Part shown: positions 28,505-40,444 of the stretch, in pieces | Position numbering within the stretch: position 1 is the stretch's first letter | How the letters are laid out: every line of letters starts with the position of its first letter | Source: Ophelia neglecta | Taxonomy: Eukaryota | Direction of reading: 5' to 3' | NCBI GenBank assembly: GCA_965285935.1 | Contig: OZ260662.1 | Location: 26,536,001 to 26,600,000, forward strand | Length of the DNA: 64,000 bases | Position numbers and translations under genes: made by a program | Notes under the pieces: generated by a model | What the model saw: only the letters and a program-made list of their open reading frames with translations | Database searches by the model: none | What the model was told of the DNA's origin: nothing

Positions 28505-28980
28505 ACGACGTATTGCCTACTCCCCTTACATGATCCTTCACACTATAAGGGAAGATGATACCGAGTTCCCTCATTCAGAAAAAAAAAACTCCCTCTCAAG
28601 AATCCTCTGACTTAAGAAACGATTGTTCTACCCTTGCATTTCATACATCTTTTCGGTGATCTGAATAACCATGTTAAGATTTCCTTCGACAAAGTGACGT
28701 CCTTTTGCTTTTCGCATTTTCGAAATGTTGCTTGATGGCCAGCGACTTGCTTACAAAGAGGTTGAGTGGTCTGACCTACATACTGTACATACTGGTGACG
28801 GCACTCACTAAAAGGGTTTAAGTAAATATTGTCCTTGGTATTACAAATAATGGGAATAGAAAAAAATGAGCCGGAACACATACGAATATTACGAAATACA
28901 TCCCTGTCAGACAGAATATAACGATTTGGAGTCATTTGTTTTAATTGGGTTTTAACGAATATTTTTGGACACCTTCTCAT
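28505..28980 (-). pseudogene. Penelope-like retroelement relic, GIY-YIG endonuclease domain
   Basis: Minus strand reads CNTKDNIYL...ECRHQYV(QYV)GQTTQPLCKQVAGH, where QYVQYV is a 9-bp tandem duplication. After frameshifts it reads QRILERE...MRELGIIFPYSVKDHVRGVGN. This matches the PLE pattern C.T.N.IY...C..QYVG.T...L..R...H ... RE..WI..L.T..P.GLN. Confidence 0.75.
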
Positions 28981-29533
28981 TCTTATGGCACTTAAACAGC
29001 ACCTTATCAGAATGATTCTTGCACCAAAGACGCTATCTTGCTAACAATTGTGATAGACCTATTCTGTTTCGAAGAATTTTAATTGGGCGTGTATATCAAT
29101 CAGATATAAATAGTACTAGCGTCAAAGACGTGAAGGTGGTGATGCTCCTATGTTAGACCTGATTAGTATTTACGCTGAAAGATTATTATGAAAGTAAAAA
29201 GCTATCCAGGAGCGCCTTTCCAAAATAAGGGTCCCCTCTTTTTGGAATTCTTTGGGCAAGTGCCCCATCTCAGATCTTCTGCAGGAGAAATATATGGATT
29301 TTCCTGCCAAAATCGCTTACGTAGCTCATCAGGATGCGCTGCATATCAGTAGCAGTGGCTTACACTTCACGACTAGGGGGTGAAATGACACAGAGACCGA
29401 CCAGCTGCGGGAAAAAATTGATTTGTCCTTTACTGTGCTTCACATGCTCCTCAATCGACTGAAAAAGTCGTCTCTTATAGACGATTACTTCGTGTAAACA
29501 CACGGCTATGTGTGCCAGGGCTGTTGATAGTGA

Positions 29534-29647
29534 CAAATGCAAGCAAAATAAGCGTCCGCTGGCTGACCGTCCTTTGTTGGCTGATGATCAAATTGCAAGC
29601 AAAATAAGCGTTCGCCGGATGACCCTCCTTTGCTGGCTGACAAATTG
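29534..29647. repeat. Tandem repeat, about 55-bp unit, 2.1 copies
   Basis: caaatgcaagcaaaataagcgtccgctggctgaccgtcctttgttggctga is followed by caaattgcaagcaaaataagcgttcgccggatgaccctcctttgctggctga, then caaattg. Confidence 0.9.
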
Positions 29648-32600
29648 ATCATAAGTTCTTATTTGTCACAGAATGACCTCTGTATGGACTGTAAAACAAT
29701 TATCTGAACAAAGGCATTGGTCCAATGGCAATTGGGGACACCATTTCCATTGGGAATTGTTTTATGACATGTACATTTGGAGAAACCTATCTTTTAATAT
29801 TTATAAGAGACTTAAGTAAAAGACTTATTTAATAGCTATCAGTCTTAACAACTCTCTAAAAAAAAAAGCATATTTTATAGCTGCTTTCTTATCTGTTTAT
29901 ATATATATATATATAAGTCTTAGCCAGCGTGTTTCTTACTAAGAAAGGGAAAATTTTATTAGCAAGGGCCTAAATATAAGGGCGCTGATAACCAACATAA
30001 TGTTCATCATATGAAAATGTACGAAATGTCAAATGTGACTGGGGATATATCTTGTAGCATTGATCGTGTTTCAGCTGATTTTAAGTGTGCCGATGTGATA
30101 TCCCTCCATATAAGCTGTTTGGTTCAAATATCACGCGTAGGGGCTGCAGCTATAAGAGCTACGAAGGGACACTTGATAATGTATTAAGTATGTAACCCCA
30201 GTCGCATCACACCGTTAGATCTGTGACATATTAGTTTACACCAATGTAAAATAAGTTGTTTTGTCTTTTCAAAATAATTCAATACTAAGTAATTTCCTGG
30301 CTTGAGGTTTGCCTATAGTAGCCTGTAGGATATTGACGACTAATAAGACTAGTGTAGTAAATGTAAAGACAGAAATTCTCATTTAAATGTATGATAATTT
30401 AACAATACGTTCAACATGCCTTGTTTGACAAGTCTCCACAGAAAACCCCAGCTTCACGAGACTCCCGTTTGCCCAAGCATAGCTGATCATATAGAAGAAA
30501 CGAAGGAAATAACGGCTTGGGCGACATATTGTCTCAATGAACGGACGTGTGATATTACAGGAATGCTCATGGAATTGGGCACGATTAGGGGATGTTTATG
30601 TATGTTCTAATAAGTACGGTAATTGCCAAATCGCCGACCGGTAGTTGAAGAGACATGTTCGCCGGATACCATACTTACACCGTTAATGGAAGCTACTGCA
30701 TTGAAACGCTAACTATACTGGATCAAGAATGATATAATCATATTTTTCCACTGGAATGCAAGTATGTGCTTTTCAAAATAAACCCAACATAATTGTAGCA
30801 TAACAGAATATGCAATAAAATAGAGAATTTCTGATCAAGGGATTTGCTACATAACTGGCCAAAGGTTATAATTGTTAGGGGAACCATTGAAAAGGAACTA
30901 CAGTGGCGAATTTGATCCCGCTTAGTTTACCAAGCCGAAATCAAACTGAAATCAAAAGTGTAAGAAACGCTGACCAATATTAAATAAATATTTGTATTTA
31001 CTTGGTTCGTCCCCTGTGCTAAGTGTATAGCAAATTTCTTTGACCATAACATGTTCAACACATGACCTTAGGTTATAAGCCCTTACACAGGAAGCAATAT
31101 ATCAAAGAGTATATAATAAAAGTCGATGGGTTGTGCCTTCATACTGTTGTTTACAGGTGATGTATTAGGCTTGAGGTTTCATATTTCAACATTCAGTATA
31201 TAGGTTAAAATTTGAGTTCAGCACCATAACCTCGGATAAGGAGCTTAGTCAATAGAGGCGAAGCCTTTATTTGTATGATTAATTCATATGACACAAATTT
31301 CGAGCCACTTTCTTGTCAATTTCAAATACTCAGTTACTGCAGAGAGATAGAGAAAGAGTGCACTGTATATAACGAATTCATGATTTGCGTTTCCAAGTGA
31401 GAATAAGCATTGCATAGGCCATGTTAGGGTGACTATGCGGTTGATCCACATTGAAATATTACTGTTTTTGAGTGTCATTCGTAGACTGTCTATCAACCCT
31501 CAAATCAAATATATCTTTTTTATGTGAGATGTTACATGTCAGTGCCAAGCGAACCGGACAATTCATATGGGTTTCCTCGTAGTTCTATTCACTTATTACA
31601 AAGTACAATATGTTTGAATACGCGGAATCTTTACTTAATTCCGGCATATTTCCTGGCAGGAAAGGTATCCTGTATCGGCGTTAACATGCCTCTAACCAGG
31701 AGAAGCCACGTGAAATTCTAGAGGCTGAGCCTGTATTGTTGAGGTTAAATTCACTGATAGGAGAGAATGCCCTGTGGGGAGCTTCTGGTCCTGAAGCAGC
31801 ATTTCTGTATATCCTGTGGTGAATGTCGCACAATTTTGCTTACCCGCCTGATATTAAAATGAACTTTATTTACTGAAACTAGTATAATATACGAAATATT
31901 TTGGTCTGCTCTCAACTTCCCAGGAAAGTTATTTCATATGTGTGAAACTTGAACTAGCTTGATCTTGTGTTTTCTTAACTTGGTTTTACACTACCATATA
32001 GGCTACGAAACAATGACAGTAGGTTCATCACTCTTTTGTGCCACTACTTGGTTCAAGGTAGTGGTACAAATATGTCGCGAATGTCGTGATTGCTGTCTTA
32101 TCGATATATATATATATATATAATATATATAAATTCCTGTATATGTAATATATATAGATAGAACACAGTTCATTATCTTAGCTCAGGTAAAAGTTTTCAT
32201 AAGCGCTACAATATGTAACGTGTTCATATATCCCGAGAAACATTTATAGTCGGTGTAATAACTCTTACTTATTCAAAATTAAACACATAACACATTCTTA
32301 TGGATCTCTTGCCAACCCAGTATATAGTATGGACATTGAATCAATATTTCATGGACGCTTCACTGTATCACGTTAGGTAATGTGAACTCATGGTCATTGA
32401 TGTGACAGCCTTTGTTCCCAGTCTTATATATAATGCATAACGTTCACAAAGTGTTCCGTGGGTGCAATATAAATATATTTTTTACATCATAAAGTGAAAC
32501 CAAGATTTCAGCTTTCCTTGAATCTCGTTTCATTGTGTGCATCGCCGTTTTTGGCATGATGTCTTTAGCCATTGAGTATAATATAATTATTTAAGTGTTA

Positions 32601-33663
32601 TGTTCCCAATATCTCTGTTTTTTATCAAATGAGACAATGTTTCCAGTTATATACGCATATATTGTGTTGATTTCTAAAGGGAAAGGTCAGTGTTAAGCTC
32701 GGTCATTTTTTTAAATGATTTTCTTTCTTCAAAACCAGTATAAGACATTATGTTTTTATAAGGGCAAAGTATTATCAAGCAGCTTGGCTGTTTTTCTGAA
32801 TGTAAATATGTTCATTTATTGGACATAGTTTGCTATCCTAGCCTCAAGGAAATGCTTATGAATAAACAATTCCTGAGCCCCAAAAGCAATTGTCCATTGC
32901 CAGTCAAATTACTCATATCTACAATGCTATTATCGCCTTCCAACTGCATCATTTGAACGTTGGCTCGACAGGGCAAATCTACACCTAACTTCTTCAAACA
33001 AATATGTGCACCATGTGACTCCATAATATAATTTGCGATTACATTCAATCATACTTTGGGCTATTCTATTGTCGTGTAATTATCCACTGACACTTGAACA
33101 ATTCCATCGTTATCACGATGCAAACTAAACCATAGACCCAAAAGTCATCATAAAGTCCACATATGATTCTGTTCGTTATATTGCAATGTTTGCCTTAACG
33201 TTCTTTCAAAATCATCTTTACCAGTATTAATTCTTTCATACAATTAATTGTTGGCTGACACCTTTGGATTAATGTGTAGTGCAATATGCTTTATATATGT
33301 TAATACACTATAGTAATACAACTAGGAACCAGCTCTTATTTTAATGGTTTTTATATATATATTGTCATTGCAAAATAAATTGTTAATGACCTTTATCAAG
33401 TCAAACACTTTGTCAAAACACTGCAAACCAGATTCTACCAAAGTGCAGTGAGTCAGGCGCAGTCATAAACATGAATAATATGTTCGATATCAGAACTAAT
33501 ATCCCTGTATATGTTTGAATAATATCTATCACGTTTGACATGTGACAGGGTATTTGTTTATATTGTTTTTCATGATTTTAATCAGGAATTTAAACCCCTG
33601 ACTTCTCATCACTTCATCATCGTAGTTTCTTTGAAGAGATGCAAATAACTGTCCCAAACTTAA

Positions 33664-34355
33664 AGGGCGTAGTACATCAGCTTTTTAATGTTCTGGAGGC
33701 AAAGTCATCTTGTTCGTGTCTTCCGAAATCGTGAGAACGTCTGGCGAAAGAAGTCTGACATAATTGCTATGTCTTCCTCTGTGAAATGTGTAATTGCACT
33801 TAAACAAATATTCAGGGCGGTAAGGGAGCACGCATAATCACACTAGAACAAACCGAATTTCGTCTCTTTTGAGTTGAATTGTGTGGAACATAGCATTGCA
33901 GGACGTTGCTAGCTTGACCTAAATCACTGCACGTGGTCAACACTCAACCCGACATGTTTCGGAACAGTTGGACATCTATCAAGCGTTTAATGACGCAAAA
34001 TCCCTAAATCGTATTTAGGTGGATCAACTCAGAATGAACACGTGGATCAATTCTGTTTAAACTTATGGATCAAAGTAGAATGTAAAACAATGGGCTTTAA
34101 CGGTGTCCGCGGTGGTGTGAGTTGAGCATGAGGTGTATGCTTGGTAAAGCTGACACGTGTTCGGTTTAAGTTGGATTCAAAGAAAAACCTGTTTCCGCGC
34201 TAAAGGTATGACAAGCTACGGTTTGCGTATTCAGTCACTGTTACCCGGAATCATCTCCGATAGGAAGTTAGGTGTTTTAGCGACCAAGTCCAGTCTTTTA
34301 ACAAGCATTTGTCAATGTCATAATATACATATATGTGTAAGTTTGTAATGCGCCT
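33664..34355. mobile_element. Possible non-autonomous Kolobok-type DNA transposon
   Basis: TTAA|AGGGCGTAGTACA ... TGTAATGCGCCT|TTAA: TTAA on both sides and short imperfect TIRs starting AGG. Confidence 0.4.
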
Positions 34356-37300
34356 TTAAGCAAGTATCCTGGAAAATGCACTACGTCAAATGAAAGAGAC
34401 AACATAATAACATTCTTGTCTTTCATCGAAGGGGGGGGGGGATATTTCCAATCATTTAGATTGATTAAAAGTTGCCAATCGTCAAAATAATATACTGTAT
34501 ATACTTCGATGGTACATTCTCCACTGGTTCCCACATCAAATTTGATTTCAAATTTATTGGTCGCCACTTTCAAGATTAGTCTATGGTAATGGTTCAACAG
34601 CCATTTTATCACATAATGATTGTTTACGGGAAAACTTATCGATATTGTAGAGGGTCCCAATTGGGTTCACATAGCCACTTATTGCTGTTACAGTTTTCAA
34701 ATTGTTGGATATTGATTTCAACATTTCAATGACCTAAGATAAAGTTAAGCACTGCATTATCTGTCTCAGGCAAGCCTGTTCACAAGACTCTTTATATTAG
34801 CTCCTCATTCATCCAACTACAGCGGTGATTAAAGTGACTGTCCTTAAGACGCAGTTCAACCGGATACGTAACGGTCATTTGATCAACAAAGGACTAGTCT
34901 ACAGTAACCAGTATCTCTGTTCGCCGATACCATGTACACGCCAGGTACAACTTGCCGTCATTGCAATATCAGGCTTACAATATCACATTAACAATGATAC
35001 TCCTCGGTAGCGAACCAATAAGGGTTTAATGAAAAGAATGAAGCAGCATTTGCTTTATGAAACGAACATAGAACAATGATATGAAGGTTTCATTTCGATA
35101 ATGCAGTGCGGATTAATTGTGCCGGAAAGCTCTCCAAATCATATTAATTGAACTGTTCACATGAGATACGTTCAATCACCACGTCGGTGTATCCACAGAA
35201 CAGATAAATTGACAAATGACTCCCAAGAAATCCTGGATATCCTAGAAGCGCGGTACACAAAGACATCATCGAGTTAAGAGCCCCATGGGGAACGAAATGG
35301 TATTGCCGTGCCGTATTGACTAAACCTGATTTCACAGCCTCGTAGATGATTAGGCTGTGCAAACACAATTACATCCCAGTCGTTACTCATGACACCAATC
35401 TAAGCCCTTTATGTATCTGTGGCTCACTCGGTCTCCGATACACTTTGGTTGTCGGGCAGTGGTGCGCTGCTGAGTACAATGTAAGTCTTACAAATGTTTT
35501 ACTGAAATAATATTAGTGTACAGTTCTTTTTGAATTTTTTGGGGAGCAGCCCAGTATTGTTCAGCGACAATGCAGCAACTGTTATGAAACAGGCATTCAC
35601 ATAATTGCATTCCTTCAACAGCAAAGGTACCCTGGTGCTTAAATAGCGAGATTCTTAAGGAAAGTGTAGGACTGGCTACATAATTATTCCCTTTGATAAT
35701 TTGTCACTGCAAACATGGAAGCGAAACCTTCCAATATTTTTTGAAAACCTATATATTATGAGAGTTATGCATTTCTGCGATGAATTTTATACTGGCATTG
35801 TGTATGAAAGGAGCAGGATTTTATCTACTTTAACCCAGACGAAGCGCGCTCTGAACAAAATTCATATTTCATGTACTTTTTTCCCAACTTCACTAACTAC
35901 GGACTAGGGTCAGGGATATTACTCATTGATCATTAATGTAAAAACTTGTAAACTACTTCTATTTCTCATGATATTACAATTTACTTATTTGTCTGCTTCT
36001 GTTTTCAGATTTATTTAATTGTTGGTAGTTATCGATTTTGTCTGTCTGTCCGATCCAGCTCTTAACATGTCGATTACATATTTGTTGCAAAATGAGTCTC
36101 AACAGAAAGGGGAAGAGAGCACATTAGTTTGGCACATAGTACATTTAGTTCGTTAATGATAATCCTCCATTGGTGACTCCATGAGTTTCTCTTTGTCTCT
36201 ATACAAATGAAACTAAAATCATTTTAAACAAATGCTAATCTTATTAAAATGTTGCGTTGATACCTCTTTACCTTTTAGAAGGAACAAAACGACATATGAA
36301 TATGCGCTTCGTTATGTTAGCTTAAGTTTCGTGTACAGACAATACCATTAGCCTAGTTATTTATATTGATATTAATCACAACGCGCTTCATTTGACTTTT
36401 ATTTATTGCAGGAATAAATCTGAGCATTGTTAAAGGCAAATATTGTTCCACACTTATTTAGTCATGCCCTGACAATAAACATGAACAAATGGTGGCTCAC
36501 CAAAGGTTTTTGTGTAAGACGTGTTGGGATCAAGACACAGCCGACTCAGTGCTTACTCCTACATCAGACGCCTTGCTGTCTAGCAGCAGTCGTGAGGGTG
36601 ATATTATTATGGCAAATATACAAGGGGACGTCTCTGAACAACAGGATTGGATCAGACCGCAATGAAAAGCGTGTATGTGGTTTTGGCGAAACTCGTGATG
36701 AACAGAGAGTGACCCATTTATTACTCACATTTGGTAAATTTTTAAGTAGCTTTATCGGCTGAGACGAATATTTCAAACTAGAAACATACATTGAAGTTGT
36801 GACTATTGGGTATTGGGTACCCAGCAGCAACACAGTTCTGGAGACAAAGAGTTCTAACGCATAAAAATTTACAGAGGAGCAGTATTAATTTTGTCATATC
36901 GAAGAACTTTATTGATATAATCGGCAATGGTCAAGAATGCTTAGCTGTATGACAAGTAACTAGGGTATGAAGATAAAAGAAGCAAAATTACCGTCTGACT
37001 GTCAGAATATGCCACATTATCTTTCAATAAGAAGCCATGGTTTAAAGTAAACAGTTTGTCTATTGACGTTTATCTCGCCTTTTTACCATCGTGCATTGTT
37101 ATAACACTGGCTACGCTCCTTTTTTTTATGATTTCAGAATAATTACTTCAGGTTTCAGTATCCATTGTACCTGGTGACATGTTTATGCTTTAAAAGCCAG
37201 CTATTTTACATTGAAAAGTTTAGGGAAAAGCTTATTTGCAGGGAATTTGGCGAAGCTCTATGGTAAGTTGCCTGGATATATTCTGTACGATTTCCTATCA

Positions 37301-38348
37301 GACCCTAATCCGTGGTAGATAATATGTCAGGATTATTGTCAACTCCAGGCGTCCCCCTTTGTTGGGAAGGTTATGTGAAGATTACGGAGTTTTAGAGTGG
37401 GATTCAAGTAAAACCATAAAGAGCCGCATCCAGATGCATCGAATCTTCCCAAGCACTGCTCCATTGCTTGGGAATAAAGTTACCCCTACAATTGTTTGCT
37501 AAGCCATCTACTTTAAGCAGTTACGCTGCTATTTATATTAGTATCTTATAATCATCACCTACACTTAGATGTTAACAGATGAAAGCTACGTTTTCTAAGT
37601 TAATGCTAAGGGCTGATATGTATGTTACATCAAAACTAAAATTTCCCATATATGTTACATGCAATCTTGCTAGATACAAAAGAAACAAAAATTATATACC
37701 GTTTCATAAAATTAATATTCAAGACCGAGGACCAACTTAAATATTGCTGGGTTAAAAGGATTGAAATACAAAACTTGCGATCTCTAATTTCGATATCATG
37801 AGTTAAATATGGATAAATTGTTAAAAACAATAACGGTTTCCAATGAATTGTAACCTAGTTACCTAGCTACTGATATGGGAAAATTTCGTTGATTTTTCCA
37901 ATGGCTATCATCGAAAAGTAAGATATTTCTATTATTTCTTGATCGAAATTTCTCTTTTATATATAATTTTAGACATGATTATTCGCATTTCTATCCGTTT
38001 TTCTTTGCATTATACTGCCAAACAGGTTAGAATTTCAAATCTAAATGGCACGATATGAAAGTAATTGTATCTGCAGCAGGCCAAAAGTCATTCTATTACC
38101 TTTTATCGTCTCATTGGTCCCCGTGAATATATCCAAGCTTTTTCTATGCATATGTGTAGGTTGACAGGGGCATAAATAAACCATTATAGGTTCATGAACC
38201 TTTTGTATTTCACTGTATTAGATTTGAATACTCAGTCAATACATCCTTACTGACCGTTCTGCAAATACCGCAGAACATTGCGGGATCTATCACGTATTGT
38301 CCGTTTACAAACTGCTATTAGAAACATATGCTACATAAATCGTCCAAG

Positions 38349-38353
38349 GAAAC
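38349..38353 (+). repeat. Left target-site duplication GAAAC
   Basis: Identical 5-mer directly outside both ends of the LTR element (38349-38353 and 43665-43669). Confidence 0.9.
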
Positions 38354-38554
38354 TAGAGAATACTACAATTTTATACTATGTCTTGCTTGTAGTGACAATA
38401 TGTGTTCCTCTTATACCTTTGCATGTAGTATTAGAGTAGATTGTTAGAATAGACTATCTGTTGTGCTTACATCTATTTCCTTTGTGTTACAGATTGAGTG
38501 TGATCATTGTCTCTAATGGAAATAAAGCACAAAGAGTAGTCTAGTACTTATTTA
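38354..38554 (+). repeat. 5' LTR (201 bp, TA...TA)
   Basis: Direct repeat of 43464-43664; single mismatch C38513/T43623. Confidence 0.97.
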
Positions 38555-38565
38555 TGATCACACTC
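38555..38565 (+). promoter_or_regulatory. Non-tRNA primer-binding site complementary to LTR 38496-38506 (putative self-priming)
   Basis: TGATCACACTC is the exact reverse complement of GAGTGTGATCA (38496-38506), or 12 bp if A38554/T38507 is included. There is no TGG start as expected for tRNA-CCA priming. Confidence 0.75.
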
Positions 38566-38635
38566 TCTACCTGATCTCTGCAAACCTTGTCAGTCCTCAC
38601 CTTAGTGACTCTAACTCCTCTACTACTTATTCACC

Positions 38636-40444
38636 ATGCCACAGGTCGGATGTCCATTCCCTGACTGTGAATATGAGACTGACGATGTCTCAGAAATAGT
38701 GGTCGTCGCACTGCTCAACCTCCATGCCAAAAGTCACGAGCCCTCAGTCCCACCGCGACAGGCTGAGGCAGCAGTGAAGGCAGAGAAAGTGAAGCGCCCA
38801 ACTGTGTCCACTGCAGGCACAAATGAGGAATGGACTTATTTCCTCACACGATGGAAGGAGTACAAAGATGCCACTAAGGTCACTGGCAAGGACAAACTCA
38901 TTCAGCTATTGGAATGTTGTGATGAACCTTTACGAAAGGACCTCACACGCTCAGTTGGTGGCAGCCTCACTGACAATAGTGAGGATGACGTTCTTGCTGC
39001 AATCAAAAAACTTGCTGTACGAGAAGAGAATGCCATGGCGGCTAGAGTTTTCCTGCATGACATGAGGCAGGACAAAGATGAACCAATACGGTCATTTGGT
39101 GCCAGGATTCGCGGCCAAGCAGGAGTGTGTAAGTTCACCGTGGACTGCCCCAGATGCCAAGCAAATGTGGACTACACAGACTGCATCTTGCGAGATGTGT
39201 TATCCCGTGGACTTGCGGATCCTGAAATCCAGCTGGACCTCCTTGGTGACTCTAATCAGGACAGGACACTAGAGGAGGTTTTCCAGTTCATGGAGTCAAA
39301 GGAAGCAGGCAAACGTTCAGCCTCACGCCTACATGACTCTCAAGGGGCCCAGGCAGCTGCCAGTTCATATCGACATGCCAAAAAACAGACTGCTACAAGA
39401 CCAGACACTGATGTATGTACATATTGTGGCAAGAAAGGGCATGGCATTAGGGCACCCCCTCGTACCCGTAAATCTGAATGTTCAGCATACAATCATACAT
39501 GTGCACACTGTGGCATAAAGCACCACCTCGAGAGTGTTTGCCGCAGTAGGGACAAGCCACAGAAACCACGCACACCAGCAGCAGCTAACAGAGGTCAGTC
39601 TGCGCTTCTGGAATGTGAGGGTGCCGCCTCTGACACATGTGAGGGTGCCACCTTCAATACACTCTGCACAGTGACTGCAGCCAGCAACCAACAGGGTGGA
39701 CAATCACTCATGATCGAGCACCATGTTTACAACCAACTTTGTGACATGTGGATGCGCCAGGGCTCAAGACCTCAGCCTTTTATTCAGGTCAGATGCACTG
39801 TGCGCCCAGAAGACTACACTGCCCTAGGCTGTAAGCAAGACAGGCAAACTGGATCAGCCACCCTCTCCGATATAGCCGATACTGGCAGCCAGAGCTGCTT
39901 CGCAGGTTTAGATGCCATCCGGCATCTTGGCCTATCGCGCAAGGATCTCATCCCAGTCACTATGAGAATGCATGCCGCCAACAATGCTGGTATTAATATC
40001 CTGGGCGCAGTGATTCTTCGATTCTCAGGGAAGGTTGCATCTGGCAAAATGTTGGAGACCCGTCAGTTGGTATACATCACGGATAGCTCAGACAAAGTCT
40101 TTCTCAGTCGAGAGGCATGTTCTGACCTAGGAATGATACCACTTGACTTCCCAAAAGTCGGTGGGGCCTTAAGAGTCAGCTCCATACCTTCAGGCTCCAA
40201 GCAAGGTACCCAGAACTCACAGGTTACTGTTTGCCCCAACCAACTCGAGAAGCCCTTGGCCACTGACAATGGTCTGACAGCCCCATGTGACTGCCCGCGG
40301 CGCCAGCTCCCACCTCCACCGCCCACTTCACTCCCCTTCGCCTCAACAGAAGGAAACAGGGCGAAACTCCAGCAATGGCTGGTAGACTATTACAGATCCA
40401 GCACATTTAACATGTGTGAGCATCAACCCCTACCAATGATATAA
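38636..40444 (+). CDS. gag: Gag-protease part of the polyprotein (602 aa, ends at a probably mutational in-frame TAA)
   Basis: Good start context (caccATG); gag capsid-like region (MRQDKDEPIRSFGARIRGQAGVCKF); knuckles CTYCGKKGH-x12-C and CAHCGIKHHLESVC (39416-39541); protease IADTGSQS (D at 39878). Confidence 0.9.
   Translation: MPQVGCPFPDCEYETDDVSEIVVVALLNLHAKSHEPSVPPRQAEAAVKAEKVKRPTVSTAGTNEEWTYFLTRWKEYKDATKVTGKDKLIQLLECCDEPLRKDLTRSVGGSLTDNSEDDVLAAIKKLAVREENAMAARVFLHDMRQDKDEPIRSFGARIRGQAGVCKFTVDCPRCQANVDYTDCILRDVLSRGLADPEIQLDLLGDSNQDRTLEEVFQFMESKEAGKRSASRLHDSQGAQAAASSYRHAKKQTATRPDTDVCTYCGKKGHGIRAPPRTRKSECSAYNHTCAHCGIKHHLESVCRSRDKPQKPRTPAAANRGQSALLECEGAASDTCEGATFNTLCTVTAASNQQGGQSLMIEHHVYNQLCDMWMRQGSRPQPFIQVRCTVRPEDYTALGCKQDRQTGSATLSDIADTGSQSCFAGLDAIRHLGLSRKDLIPVTMRMHAANNAGINILGAVILRFSGKVASGKMLETRQLVYITDSSDKVFLSREACSDLGMIPLDFPKVGGALRVSSIPSGSKQGTQNSQVTVCPNQLEKPLATDNGLTAPCDCPRRQLPPPPPTSLPFASTEGNRAKLQQWLVDYYRSSTFNMCEHQPLPMI

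Noticed and set aside
38349-38355. Alternative boundary: 6-bp TSD GAAACT with the LTR starting AG
   Set aside because: The T is also present at the start of the 3' LTR (43464). TA...TA with CA/TG flanks is symmetric, and a 5-bp TSD is usual for this group. Not formally excluded from one copy.
40442-40444. Programmed stop-codon readthrough between protease and RT
   Set aside because: TAA without a recognisable readthrough context, inside a continuous PLPM..GPPMRL segment, in a copy with other lesions; a point mutation is simpler.
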